Part shown: positions 9,982 through 19,307 of the stretch, piece by piece
How the letters are laid out: each line of letters starts with the position of its first letter
How positions within the stretch are numbered: the first letter of the stretch is position 1
Notes under the pieces: model-generated
What the model was told of the DNA's origin: nothing
The model's input: the letters and a program-made list of their open reading frames with translations, nothing else
Database searches by the model: none
From: a virus
Lineage: Duplodnaviria; Caudoviricetes
Length of the DNA: 64,000 nucleotides
Reading direction: 5' to 3' (one strand)
Virus record (IMG/VR): IMGVR_UViG_3300046522_000316
Span: 32,001 to 96,000 of that record
Program-made: the position numbers and the translations under genes

Positions 9982-10221
9982 TTATTTTCCCCGGTGTTTC
10001 ATTGCGCGACGTTCAGCACGGTTCGGCTTGCGGCCACGCGTGAACAGTTCGTTGGTGTTTACCGCGACGATATCCGGGTTCAACATCTTCAGAAATTTCA
10101 GACCGGCTTCACGATCCGTTGCCATCAGTTGACGCAGGGAATCAGCGAGCGCTTTTTCCTGTTCTTCCTTCGACATTTTCAGGATTTCTTGCTCGGTCAG
10201 TATTCCTTGTTTTTCTTCCAT
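9982..10221 (-). CDS. Small hypothetical protein (paralogue of 9724..9981)
   Basis: LTEQEILKMSKEE and NRAERRAMKHR motifs. Confidence 0.65.
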   Translation of the reverse strand: MEEKQGILTEQEILKMSKEEQEKALADSLRQLMATDREAGLKFLKMLNPDIVAVNTNELFTRGRKPNRAERRAMKHRGK

Positions 10222-11879
10222 TTCGATTTTCTCTCAGCCTTGTTTTCGTTGTTCCGCTTTTTGATGCCAGCACTCAGTTTGCCGAACATCCCGCCGAACA
10301 TGCTTTGCCCATCGTTGTGTGCGACTTTGGAAACTACAACTTCCTGTTCTGGATCGAAGTCTTCGCCAATATCACGTTTAACATTTCGCAGCCATTGCGT
10401 CATGCGTTCTGCCGCAACTTCGGTTGGCTGGTGTTTGAATTCAATCGCCTGCTTCCACGTGTTCGCGCAATATTTCAATGAGGCCTGCGCGCCGGTGTCC
10501 ACGAAGAAACGAATCACCGGTTGGCGCTTGTCAGGATCAGGCGTCAAAATACGCGAACTTTCCTGTTTCCAGTTTGGCTCGTTATTCATCGGCATGACGT
10601 AGTACAGGCACGACCACGGTTTGATGTTGATACCACGTTGCAGCAATCGACGGATACCTACAACCACGCGAATTTTACGCTCGGACGCCAGCTGTTTAAT
10701 CCGGTCACGATCCAACTTGTTTTTCTTGCCACCGCCACCAACGAACGCGGCTGCGACTTCGTAACCGACAATCGTATTTACACGTTTGACGATTTCGAAA
10801 ATGTGATCCTTGAAATGGCAGGGAATCACAATACTGTGCCCGGCCTCAAGGTCTTTCAGAATCCACTGAATAATGAAATCGTTTCGCTTCTTGTTATTCG
10901 CCAGCGATTTGCCAAGCTTCACAAAGCCCGGCTTGCCTTTGAATACACCTTTCGATTTCATGCCGGTATCGACGGCGAGCATTTTCGCCACCAGCTGCGC
11001 ACGCAGGATTTTGGATTTGACTTCACCGATTACAAGCGTGGTGATTTTGTCTTTTCCGTCCTTACGTTTTTCCGTACCGGTACAGCCGAAACGGTAACGC
11101 ATTTTCAGATTGTTCATGACGTTTGCAAACTCCGGGGCGCCGGTCGCTTGCACTTCGTCCACTACCACAGTGCCGAACGTTTTGTTGCAGGCCTTCAACA
11201 GCTTGCGGCCATTCTTGCTCAGGAAACTTTGGTAGGTGATGATCCCGATTTGAATGTCTTCGAGGTCTTCGATTTTCTTGATAAAACCGTAAAGCTTTTT
11301 GCCTGTCTTTTCCTGCAATGCTGGCAGGTTGGTAGACTCTTCGATATCCCCGATGAACTGATTCAGGAAGTCGTATTGGTCGGCCATCAACAGGACTTTG
11401 TGCCCAAGTTCAATTGCCAGTTTTAGTGCAGTAAGCGATTTACCGGAACGGGGCGGAAGCACGAAAAGGCCGTACTTGGCCTCTTTCATTCGCTTAACGG
11501 TTTTCACCTGATAGCTGAACCAGTCGCGGTCTTCGCCAAGGTTGATTTTTACTTTGTAATCGAAGGGAGAACGAGTGCGCTTATCCACGATTTTGTAATC
11601 GTCGAAATCAATGCGCATTTTTGCTTCGATGTTTTGCCGGTCGCCCAGTGGCAGGCCGATGTACTCTTTATTCCCGATTACAGCGGGCCGGGCCAGCCGG
11701 TACGAACCGTTAAAGTTCTCGCAACCCTTACAGGCTGCTACCGGGCGTTCTGGCCGTAGCTCGCAACTTCGACAACCCTGATCGGAAAAGAAGTCATGAG
11801 AATATTCCTTCGTGACTAGCCTTTCCTTCAGGTCGAATTTCGGAATGTACATCTTATCCGATACGATTATTTTTCCCAT
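10197..11879 (-). CDS. Superfamily 2 DNA helicase (UvsW/Rad25-like)
   Basis: Walker A PPRSGKS, Walker B VVDEVQ, motif III GCTGT, motif V LQRGINI, motif VI QESSRILT. Confidence 0.85.
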   Translation of the reverse strand: MGKIIVSDKMYIPKFDLKERLVTKEYSHDFFSDQGCRSCELRPERPVAACKGCENFNGSYRLARPAVIGNKEYIGLPLGDRQNIEAKMRIDFDDYKIVDKRTRSPFDYKVKINLGEDRDWFSYQVKTVKRMKEAKYGLFVLPPRSGKSLTALKLAIELGHKVLLMADQYDFLNQFIGDIEESTNLPALQEKTGKKLYGFIKKIEDLEDIQIGIITYQSFLSKNGRKLLKACNKTFGTVVVDEVQATGAPEFANVMNNLKMRYRFGCTGTEKRKDGKDKITTLVIGEVKSKILRAQLVAKMLAVDTGMKSKGVFKGKPGFVKLGKSLANNKKRNDFIIQWILKDLEAGHSIVIPCHFKDHIFEIVKRVNTIVGYEVAAAFVGGGGKKNKLDRDRIKQLASERKIRVVVGIRRLLQRGINIKPWSCLYYVMPMNNEPNWKQESSRILTPDPDKRQPVIRFFVDTGAQASLKYCANTWKQAIEFKHQPTEVAAERMTQWLRNVKRDIGEDFDPEQEVVVSKVAHNDGQSMFGGMFGKLSAGIKKRNNENKAERKSKWKKNKEY

Positions 11880-11891
11880 GCACTCACTTCG

Positions 11892-12320
11892 TTAAAACTT
11901 CGGATAAAGGTGGCGGTATTCCTCCGTCATACTGAATTCGCTACCGATGTGAATATTGAAACGATATTCGCTGTCGGCGGTCATCCTGTTAACGCAGTCG
12001 ATCAAGTCTTTGGCGGGCCAGTTACGGGCGTAAACATTCATGCGGGTACGTGGTGTATTTACAGTCTCCAGCGCCCGCACACAATGCAGAAAAACTTCGT
12101 CGAGATTCGTATAGGTCGCGACCACAAGGGCCGGGCAACCTTTGTGGAAAAGCACCGGCACAATCGGATCGTCTTCCGAAAACAATTCGTGATGATCGCC
12201 GGTTTTAAATTGCTGCATCGTCGTGTACAAAGTCCACGATGGTTTCGGGCCGGGCAGCATTACCACGGGCGGCGCGCTATTCGGGAAACCTTCCTGCCGC
12301 GTCCATTCGATTTTATCCAT
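11892..12320 (-). CDS. Hypothetical protein
   Basis: Probable start MDKIEW at 12320. Confidence 0.55.
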   Translation of the reverse strand: MDKIEWTRQEGFPNSAPPVVMLPGPKPSWTLYTTMQQFKTGDHHELFSEDDPIVPVLFHKGCPALVVATYTNLDEVFLHCVRALETVNTPRTRMNVYARNWPAKDLIDCVNRMTADSEYRFNIHIGSEFSMTEEYRHLYPKF

Positions 12321-12636
12321 TGAGGTATGTCCCAAGAATTGGATTGTGGGCCAGCGTGATTTGCGGAAGTTCGGTAAACACATAATTCTGTGCCGTGCGA
12401 ATAATTCCGTGATTTGCCAACTGCAATTCGAACACGATGAAAGTTCCTTCCGGGTAGGAATCCACCATGTTGTGCATCAGCGGCCACAAATCGTGAACGT
12501 CATCCAGTTGGTGCTGGAAAACTTCGTTGAAACGGTCACGGCAATGGCTGAACATACTGCGCAGGGTATCGGGATGCATCGTGTGATCATGCACCACGAC
12601 CAGAACGCGCTTTGTCGTTACGGTAGTCACATTCAT
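12313..12636 (-). CDS. Hypothetical protein
   Basis: Overlap-coupled ORF in operon. Confidence 0.6.
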   Translation of the reverse strand: MNVTTVTTKRVLVVVHDHTMHPDTLRSMFSHCRDRFNEVFQHQLDDVHDLWPLMHNMVDSYPEGTFIVFELQLANHGIIRTAQNYVFTELPQITLAHNPILGTYLNG

Positions 12637-12947
12637 TTCAAACCACCAATCATTTTCCGTTGATAATCGTCCAGTTCAAACACGACGGACAGCCCACGTT
12701 CCAGCAGCGCGAAAACAATCCCGCGCAACATGTTCAGGTCTTCGGTATAAACCGCGACCAGCACAGGTTCCTTAGAGGCATTCGTGTACTCTGCAATTTC
12801 GTCATGAAATTGTTGAAGGTCGTCGGTCGAACCTTCGGTATCCAGCATGATAATGCTGTTGCACCGATTGATGCGAGTGCCGAGATAGCGCTCGTAAAGT
12901 TCGTCGTTGGAAACTTCTTTTTCTGCGTACACAAATGCCGTGTTCAT
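12633..12947 (-). CDS. Hypothetical protein
   Basis: ATGA-coupled ORF in operon. Confidence 0.6.
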   Translation of the reverse strand: MNTAFVYAEKEVSNDELYERYLGTRINRCNSIIMLDTEGSTDDLQQFHDEIAEYTNASKEPVLVAVYTEDLNMLRGIVFALLERGLSVVFELDDYQRKMIGGLK

Positions 12948-13489
12948 AGGATTACTTGCTCCGGTCTGGAAAGAACTTTAATGACCTCGACAAGGTTCTT
13001 AAACATAAAGCCTGCCTTGTCGATATCTTCGATAACAATGCTCGCGGATTTCTCCAGCGTTTTTACTTCGTCGTAGAAGTCGTAGAAATCACGCATCACG
13101 GCTTCCACAAATGCTTTACGTTCAGCCTGTGCGCCGACGCGTTTCAAAGTGTCGCCGTATTCGGCACACAGATAATCGCGCAGCTTCGACAACGTGCGTT
13201 CCATGGCGTTGCTGATCTTCGTACATTGTCCGAGGATTTCAGCGCAACGGCTGCGCGTAGACTGGTCTTGCAACATCGCTTCACAAACTTTTTCAGGGAA
13301 TGAACGCGTGCGTTTGCGTTTCAGTTCGCGGGTCAGTCGTGTGGTGTGAAGGCGTTGCAATTCTTCGTGGTATTCTTCGAAGTCGATGTTGTACGCCGGG
13401 TTGCCCCGGAAGTTTTCGAGGAATTGCTGATAGCGCTGATTCTTTTTAATCACGCGCCGCATTGCCTTCAACTCTTCACGATTACTCAT
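12944..13489 (-). CDS. Helical protein, possibly UvsY-like recombination mediator
   Basis: C-terminal IVIEDIDKAGFMFKNLVEV resembles the T4 UvsY C-terminus pattern as recalled (L..IK.RGF.IK...D). Confidence 0.35.
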   Translation of the reverse strand: MSNREELKAMRRVIKKNQRYQQFLENFRGNPAYNIDFEEYHEELQRLHTTRLTRELKRKRTRSFPEKVCEAMLQDQSTRSRCAEILGQCTKISNAMERTLSKLRDYLCAEYGDTLKRVGAQAERKAFVEAVMRDFYDFYDEVKTLEKSASIVIEDIDKAGFMFKNLVEVIKVLSRPEQVIL

Positions 13490-13865
13490 TCACGTCCTCT
13501 TCCGGCGCCAGCTGCGTGCCGAAGTGTCCCGACATTGTGATGGTGATTTCCGCAACGCTCAACACGAATTCTTGATTGATTTCGGTCAGGTTGGAATATT
13601 CAGGCTCAGCCCACGGAAAGATCCGCCAGTTCTCGCGATACCAGATACCGGCCTCGAAAGGTTCTGCGTCCTCTTCGCTTTCGAACTGTGCGCGATGTTC
13701 GTAAACAGCTTCGCACAATTCACGGATCGAATCGGAATAACGTTCGCGATCCACTTCCGTTTGCTGATCCCAGTTCGGGTAATGCTTGATCCCGCAAACC
13801 TTGGCAAACGTGTAGATCATCGAACACAAAAGTTCTGCGTGTTCGGGTTCTTCGAAGTAGCGCAT
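13482..13865 (-). CDS. Hypothetical protein
   Basis: ORF track, coupled to neighbours. Confidence 0.6.
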   Translation of the reverse strand: MRYFEEPEHAELLCSMIYTFAKVCGIKHYPNWDQQTEVDRERYSDSIRELCEAVYEHRAQFESEEDAEPFEAGIWYRENWRIFPWAEPEYSNLTEINQEFVLSVAEITITMSGHFGTQLAPEEDVNE

Positions 13866-14312
13866 TTATGTGGCCTCAGTCACAAGGTAAGGGGAAACCG
13901 CGTTGCCGCTGATTGCCAGTACCGAACCTGCTGTGCTTTTGAATAGTTGGAGTTTTTGTCGGTGCGATGTGATCGGGTGCGGGCGGTAGTCGTGTTTCTC
14001 TTTTTTGTTGCAGGAAATAATCAACTTGTGCGCCGCAAGCTCAACCTTTGACACGTCCGTGATAACGAACAGATGGCCGTAAATGGAACGACGTTTATTC
14101 ACGAAGTTATACATTTTACAGAATCTGTTCAGTACCTCGGGATTTTCGTAGTCGATCATGACAGGCTGATCAACCAACTGGCGAAAGAACAGTCCGATAT
14201 GGTGGCCGTCGTGGGCCGTGCCGAAATCTTCGAACGTATCAACTTGGGCGACCGTGTGACTGAACGTATCGGCCAAGCTGAAAATCGGACTGATATTACT
14301 TCGCTTCATCAT
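13866..14312 (-). CDS. Hypothetical protein
   Basis: ORF track, coupled to neighbours. Confidence 0.5.
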   Translation of the reverse strand: MMKRSNISPIFSLADTFSHTVAQVDTFEDFGTAHDGHHIGLFFRQLVDQPVMIDYENPEVLNRFCKMYNFVNKRRSIYGHLFVITDVSKVELAAHKLIISCNKKEKHDYRPHPITSHRQKLQLFKSTAGSVLAISGNAVSPYLVTEAT

Positions 14313-15438
14313 AGGTGCCGACCAACGTTAGCGTTCCGTCATCGACTTTCGTAACGAGGCGATAGGCAGACATTGCGCCCGGCACCTTGTAGAAATTCAT
14401 GTCGATTTCAATACCGGAAACTTTGTTGAAAAGATCCATGAAAATACGTGGGTCAACACGAATGTCCATGGGTTTGCCTGTCACGTTCGCTTTGAATTCG
14501 TCGGATACCTTGCCGCCCTTACCCTGCACGCTCATGATCGTTTTGCCTTTGCTGAAAGCGAGCGCCATTTTCGTTTCGCCATCGGACAGAACCGACATGT
14601 TCGAAACGGCAGAAACTGCTTTCGTGTCAAAGGTCATTGCGCTCATGACTTTCATTTCATCCAGCGCTTTGTTGTACTGCACCGCCTGCCCCACTTCGCC
14701 ATAAATCAACTGGCCTTCGGGAATCGACACGGTGAAGTCAGCACCAGTTGCACGGAACCGACCAGAGTCTACCGAGAAACTGATTTTATCCGCCTGAATG
14801 AATTTCTCGATTACGCTGAATGCCTTGGCAGGCAATGCGCTTTTCAACGGCGTCGAGTTTTTCACTTTGGTTTTGAACAGAGCGACGTGGTGTTCATCAT
14901 GGCAATAAACGCGCATGATTTTTTCACCGATTTCAAAGATGATCGGGAGTTCCGATGCACCGTAGAAGTCGGTCAGTCGCACACGCTTTACCGCATCGCG
15001 CAATTTGGTCACAACGTCTTTCGGCATCGGATCAGTCTTGCGCCCGACCAACTGGTGTTCGAGCATTTGAATGTCGTCGGCGTCGAATTCCGTCACGTTC
15101 AGTTGCGCTTTGAAATTGCCTTTCTTTTCCTTGAAAGCGATTTGACCGCCCCCGGTTTTGAACAGGCAATCGGCCCGCGTTTTCAGCAGGCCAATCAGCG
15201 TCGGCGCGTCGATTTTCACGGTGCCCGATTTGGTAGCTTCGCCGGGGATCTTGGCACAGGCCAGCGCGTCAGTTGACGAACCGATCAGATAAATACCTTT
15301 GCCCTTCTGCGTAGCCAGAACGAATTTCGCATCGTCCGCTTTGATGTACGTTGTTACGTTGATGATGTTGGAAAGTGTCGAGGCAAATTCTTTGCCGTTA
15401 CACTCGAATTCCAGTTCGTTGCCTTCGATCAATTTCAT
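14296..15438 (-). CDS. dnaN: DNA polymerase III beta-type sliding clamp
   Basis: 380 aa (typical beta length), three alpha/beta repeats (...IDAPTLIGLL, ...LPAKAFSVI, ...VDPRIFMDLF); adjacent to the polymerase; clamp loader present in window. Confidence 0.6.
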   Translation of the reverse strand: MKLIEGNELEFECNGKEFASTLSNIINVTTYIKADDAKFVLATQKGKGIYLIGSSTDALACAKIPGEATKSGTVKIDAPTLIGLLKTRADCLFKTGGGQIAFKEKKGNFKAQLNVTEFDADDIQMLEHQLVGRKTDPMPKDVVTKLRDAVKRVRLTDFYGASELPIIFEIGEKIMRVYCHDEHHVALFKTKVKNSTPLKSALPAKAFSVIEKFIQADKISFSVDSGRFRATGADFTVSIPEGQLIYGEVGQAVQYNKALDEMKVMSAMTFDTKAVSAVSNMSVLSDGETKMALAFSKGKTIMSVQGKGGKVSDEFKANVTGKPMDIRVDPRIFMDLFNKVSGIEIDMNFYKVPGAMSAYRLVTKVDDGTLTLVGTYDEAK

Positions 15439-15749
15439 TGTAAGGAATATCCGAAAATAGGTGCATGATCGTAACCGATCAGCTGGATTAACAGGCTCAG
15501 TTCGCCAGTCTCAACACACTGCGCCACCACATCCTGCCACGCGAAAACCAATTTGAATTTCGTGAGTACCTGACCTTCCAAAATATCCAGAAGTTCGTCC
15601 ACTGATTCTTGGTTCGCGTAGACAGGCATATCGGTGTCGTCGGCCTGAAGGTTGCGAATCAACTGCTGCAAGAATTGGCACAGGTCGGAAAGGCGCGGAT
15701 CATTAATGTCCGCACCAATCACCGTTGCCGAAAACTGCGTGATAAGCAT
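15435..15749 (-). CDS. Small acidic hypothetical protein
   Basis: Probable start MLITQF at 15749, between polymerase and clamp. Confidence 0.55.
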   Translation of the reverse strand: MLITQFSATVIGADINDPRLSDLCQFLQQLIRNLQADDTDMPVYANQESVDELLDILEGQVLTKFKLVFAWQDVVAQCVETGELSLLIQLIGYDHAPIFGYSLQ

Positions 15750-15760
15750 ACCTGAAACGT

Positions 15761-18724
15761 CTACGCCTTCGCTGTGATCTTCACACCCTGACTCTTCCAG
15801 AATTTCTGCTGTTTCAAAGCCCATTCAGGTGCGTCCTCTTTCATGCGCGCCATGATTTGTTTGAACGTGGCGTTCGGATCAAGATCGTAGCCGAGGTCGT
15901 CGCGTTGGCCTTTGAGAGTTTTCATCAGCACTTCGTTGAAAGCGTATTTATCTTTCGTCTTGAAATCACCGGTCAACGCGTAATTCCAACCTTCGCACTT
16001 GTCGAGCGAGTGGCCGAATTCAAAGTCGATTTCCAATTGGATATCAAACTTGAAGTTGTGACGTTTAATCATTTCGCGTTCTACGTCGTGAGTCAGTCCC
16101 TCTTCGATCATCTGAATTGCCAGCCAAATGTCTTGGTAAGCGCAGGAGAATTCAAGGGAGTCGTGTACGCTGTTCGCCTGAATGAAATCAGGATAGTGAC
16201 CGGTCTTCTGGAAATGCTCAAACCGGCGACGTTCGATGCAGCGCGCACCCGTCATCATGAAATCAGAACCCATGCCCTGTACTGGACTATTTACAGATTG
16301 CCGTTCCGCACGCGACGTGATGTTGCCCGCGTCTTCGTGAGAGTTCGGCGTGATCAGGCCCCACAGGTTACGGCGACGGCCTACAGGCGATTCCACATAC
16401 AAATGCTTGCGTGCGTGTGCCTTGGCCTTATCGAACCACTTACCGCCGACCGGGAATCGTTTAAAGAATTGTGTTGTCAATTCCTCAACCATTTCGACCG
16501 TGGCGTTGATGGACTTCGCTGTACCTTTCGCGCCTTGCTGGTAAATCAAACCGAAAATTACTTGCTTAACGGCTTGACGCATTACCTTGTCAACTTCCTC
16601 GATTGCTTTCCGGAAGAAGAACGCGGCGTTGATCTTGTGAACGTCACCCTTGAGGTCGATTTCCTTGGCAAGATCCATCGTCGGTTTGCGTTTGAATTTC
16701 TCACGCAATTTCAAACCGATCCGGAATGCTTCCGCTACCGCGCTGTCGCCAGAAATCAACGACCAGCAGCGTACTTCGTGCGCCGAGTAGTCCACCTTAA
16801 TAATTATTCGACCGTCCGGTGCAATGAACAATCGTTTAATCAGTTTACCCATTTCACTACGCGACGGAATTGTCTGCAACGTAGGATCGCGGGCCGATGT
16901 TCGACCTGTAACCACGTCGAGATAACCGAACCGAGGCCGCATGCAGCGGTCGAATCGGAAGTCTTCGTCTTCGCCCCATTTTTTAATGAAGCTCTTCACA
17001 TACGCGTTGTAAAGTTTTTCGATCTTCGTCAGTTCCGTGAACAGCTTAATTTCCGGAACGTCTTCGTATTTCTTTTGGAAGTCTTTGTCGATCTTGCCCA
17101 AGCCCTTTTTGTTCATCGTCAGGGGCTTGAGTTTCAGCACTTCGAAGAACAGCAGCTGCTTGTGTTCCTCCTTGTTAATCTTGAAGAGCTTCGTTTTCGT
17201 TCGACCGAATAGACCCATGGCCGGGACGCCCGAGCGTTTGGCAAGAAGCTTGTTAGCTTTCTGTACCCCCTCGGATTCGTACAGCGCTTTAAGCACGCGG
17301 TTTTTCTCGCGCACAATATGCGAGTCTTTCGACTTGAGTTTGAACAGCCAGTCGATATCGACATACGAGCCATTGAACTCAAGGTTAGACAGCGTGTGAA
17401 TCTGATCGCTAAGCTGTTCGGTAACGAGCGAGAAATACTTGTCGTAACCGATTGTCTTCGCGTATTTCATCTGCAATTTTTGAATGTGCAGCAGGACGAT
17501 TACGTCGAGGGCCATGTACGTTAAAACCGGCCCTTCCAAATCCATGTCCGCGATGAATGCTCGCTGTTCCTTACCGAAGTCGGATTCGTAATAGGCGCGA
17601 CAGCCATACTGCATGCAGATATTGAGCAACGAGTAATAGTTCCGCCCGCTGATCCCTTGAATCGTTTTGTGGTTTTCATCCTTGGCGAATTCCGCCGAGA
17701 TAACACACCACAGCGGCGTCTTGAAATAACGAACGCCAAGGTCACGACGCGCAGCGATCAGGTCGAACGCGGCGTTTGCGTAGAGATTGTATTTGTTCTT
17801 CGATTTGTGTTCGAAGTAATCACGCAATTTCTCTTTGATGTACGCAAGTTCTTTCGGGAGGAACGGCGTGTCCTTATGCAGGAATGGCAGGATGTACGCC
17901 TTCCCCGTTTCAGTCGCGAACTGCCACGTCACCGTGTAGTTCTTTCGCCGTTTCAGACTTCGGGCCTCCGTGTCGATTGACACGACTTCCGCGTTGGTAA
18001 TGTCCTTCAACATTTTGTCGAATTTCTTAATCGTATCAACCATCACGATTTTGTAATCCAACTTCGGAACCTTGTACATCATCTTGCCGTCGTTAAGACA
18101 GGTCGTCAGGTTCCGCGCCACGTACCCGGCTGCTGCCATCGTGTCATCGGATTTCTGCAATGACCGAAGCGACAGTGTAGAGACGTGATTGAATTTGTGC
18201 GTGTCGCCTTTTACCGTGACCTTGGCTTTGATCGGCACACCGTAAAAGTGCTGCCACAAAATACCGCGTTCACTTTTGTGCTGCGAAATGAAATCGCCGC
18301 TGATTGCTTTGGTCGGGTCAGGCCCGAACGTCACAACCGTATCCGGTTTGTAAACCGAGATAATGTATTCCAGACGCTTTTTGAATTCCTGCTGTGCCAG
18401 TTCCACAAACGCAGGCGCACCGCCTACGGTTTTGAAGCTGTGATAACTCATGCACAACCAGTTGTAATCATCGAGCTTGTGCGGTGCTTTGTTAAAGTTC
18501 TCTGCCAACTCAAAAAGGTTTGACATGAGGTCGCCGGTTGCACCATCGAGAATGCGATTCTTCCGCATGGCCTCGCCCGGCATATAGTCCAACACAAACA
18601 GAATTTTCCCACGAGCTTTTTTCGTAACGTGCTTGGCGAGTTCCACACCATCGAAGCTAGTAATCTCGTACTGCTTCAGCGCCTTACTATACTTGTGTTT
18701 AAATTCTACATATTCACACTTCAT
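15761..18724 (-). CDS. polA: Family A DNA polymerase with 3'-5' exonuclease and N-terminal UDG-like domain
   Basis: Exo I SIDTE, Exo II NAAFDL, Exo III YMALD; motif A VDYSAHEVR, motif B RQAVKQVIFGLIY, motif C VHDS; N-terminal YKPDTVVTFG resembles the UDG family 4 fold. Confidence 0.92.
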   Translation of the reverse strand: MKCEYVEFKHKYSKALKQYEITSFDGVELAKHVTKKARGKILFVLDYMPGEAMRKNRILDGATGDLMSNLFELAENFNKAPHKLDDYNWLCMSYHSFKTVGGAPAFVELAQQEFKKRLEYIISVYKPDTVVTFGPDPTKAISGDFISQHKSERGILWQHFYGVPIKAKVTVKGDTHKFNHVSTLSLRSLQKSDDTMAAAGYVARNLTTCLNDGKMMYKVPKLDYKIVMVDTIKKFDKMLKDITNAEVVSIDTEARSLKRRKNYTVTWQFATETGKAYILPFLHKDTPFLPKELAYIKEKLRDYFEHKSKNKYNLYANAAFDLIAARRDLGVRYFKTPLWCVISAEFAKDENHKTIQGISGRNYYSLLNICMQYGCRAYYESDFGKEQRAFIADMDLEGPVLTYMALDVIVLLHIQKLQMKYAKTIGYDKYFSLVTEQLSDQIHTLSNLEFNGSYVDIDWLFKLKSKDSHIVREKNRVLKALYESEGVQKANKLLAKRSGVPAMGLFGRTKTKLFKINKEEHKQLLFFEVLKLKPLTMNKKGLGKIDKDFQKKYEDVPEIKLFTELTKIEKLYNAYVKSFIKKWGEDEDFRFDRCMRPRFGYLDVVTGRTSARDPTLQTIPSRSEMGKLIKRLFIAPDGRIIIKVDYSAHEVRCWSLISGDSAVAEAFRIGLKLREKFKRKPTMDLAKEIDLKGDVHKINAAFFFRKAIEEVDKVMRQAVKQVIFGLIYQQGAKGTAKSINATVEMVEELTTQFFKRFPVGGKWFDKAKAHARKHLYVESPVGRRRNLWGLITPNSHEDAGNITSRAERQSVNSPVQGMGSDFMMTGARCIERRRFEHFQKTGHYPDFIQANSVHDSLEFSCAYQDIWLAIQMIEEGLTHDVEREMIKRHNFKFDIQLEIDFEFGHSLDKCEGWNYALTGDFKTKDKYAFNEVLMKTLKGQRDDLGYDLDPNATFKQIMARMKEDAPEWALKQQKFWKSQGVKITAKA

Positions 18725-18758
18725 AGAATTACCCGAGAGGGGATTTAGGCCTATGCTA

Positions 18759-18768
18759 TATTTACAGT
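18759..18768 (-). promoter_or_regulatory. ACTGTAAATA motif, putative phage promoter
   Basis: Intergenic, ~35 nt upstream of the polymerase start. Confidence 0.65.
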
Positions 18769-18780
18769 TTTGCCCCGCAA

Positions 18781-18818
18781 CGAAAAGGCCCCCGAATCCG
18801 AATGGAAACGAGGGCCAT
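18781..18818 (-). terminator. Probable terminator
   Basis: GGCCCTCG...CGGGGGCC then TTTT on the minus strand, after 18822. Confidence 0.5.
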
Positions 18819-18821
18819 GAT

Positions 18822-19307
18822 TCAAAACAGCTTCACCATTCGAAGAATATCCGATAGGCGACTGTCGTATTGCTCAGGTGTCGGATAGCAACACCAGCGG
18901 CGGCTAAGCGTGCGCAACGTATCAGTCGCTAACAGCTTGTCGCCTAGTTGCGTGTACACTTCCCAATTGATCGGAAGTTCATAAACGCTTTTTTCACCGC
19001 CCGACAAAATAACCATTGGCCGGTGATGTGGTGCAGCGTCGATGAATCCGACAAAGCGCGGGCTTTCACGCCACATCATCAGCGCCGCTTCGGTGTCTGG
19101 AATTTCAACGGTTGTCACACCGTCTTCCAAACCTTCGATTCGTGGCCCCCAAAATTCACCAGAACCCAAACCGAAGAAACCGAAAATGTCCGACGTTTCG
19201 TGACCCGCGATCAATTGAGGAAAGTTCGTGGTCAAGATCCGATAATGCGTGTTGTTGCCTTTGATGTACGCGTAGTGAAATGCTACGTCACTCTTGTGCA
19301 TCGTCAT
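18822..19307 (-). CDS. Hypothetical protein
   Basis: Probable start MTMHKS at 19307. Confidence 0.6.
   Translation of the reverse strand: MTMHKSDVAFHYAYIKGNNTHYRILTTNFPQLIAGHETSDIFGFFGLGSGEFWGPRIEGLEDGVTTVEIPDTEAALMMWRESPRFVGFIDAAPHHRPMVILSGGEKSVYELPINWEVYTQLGDKLLATDTLRTLSRRWCCYPTPEQYDSRLSDILRMVKLF

Noticed and set aside
9397-10221. In-frame TAA-ATG junctions suggesting readthrough or recoding (also 13865/13866, 31478/31479, 32609/32610)
   Set aside because: Each has TAA directly followed by a start codon, which is ordinary translational coupling; no sign of systematic stop reassignment.
10290-10320. QSMF near the helicase C-terminus as a beta-clamp-binding motif
   Set aside because: Too short and divergent from QL[SD]LF to support.
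15761-18724. Intron or intein in the DNA polymerase
   Set aside because: The reading frame is continuous, motif spacing is normal, and no C...HN intein ends were seen.
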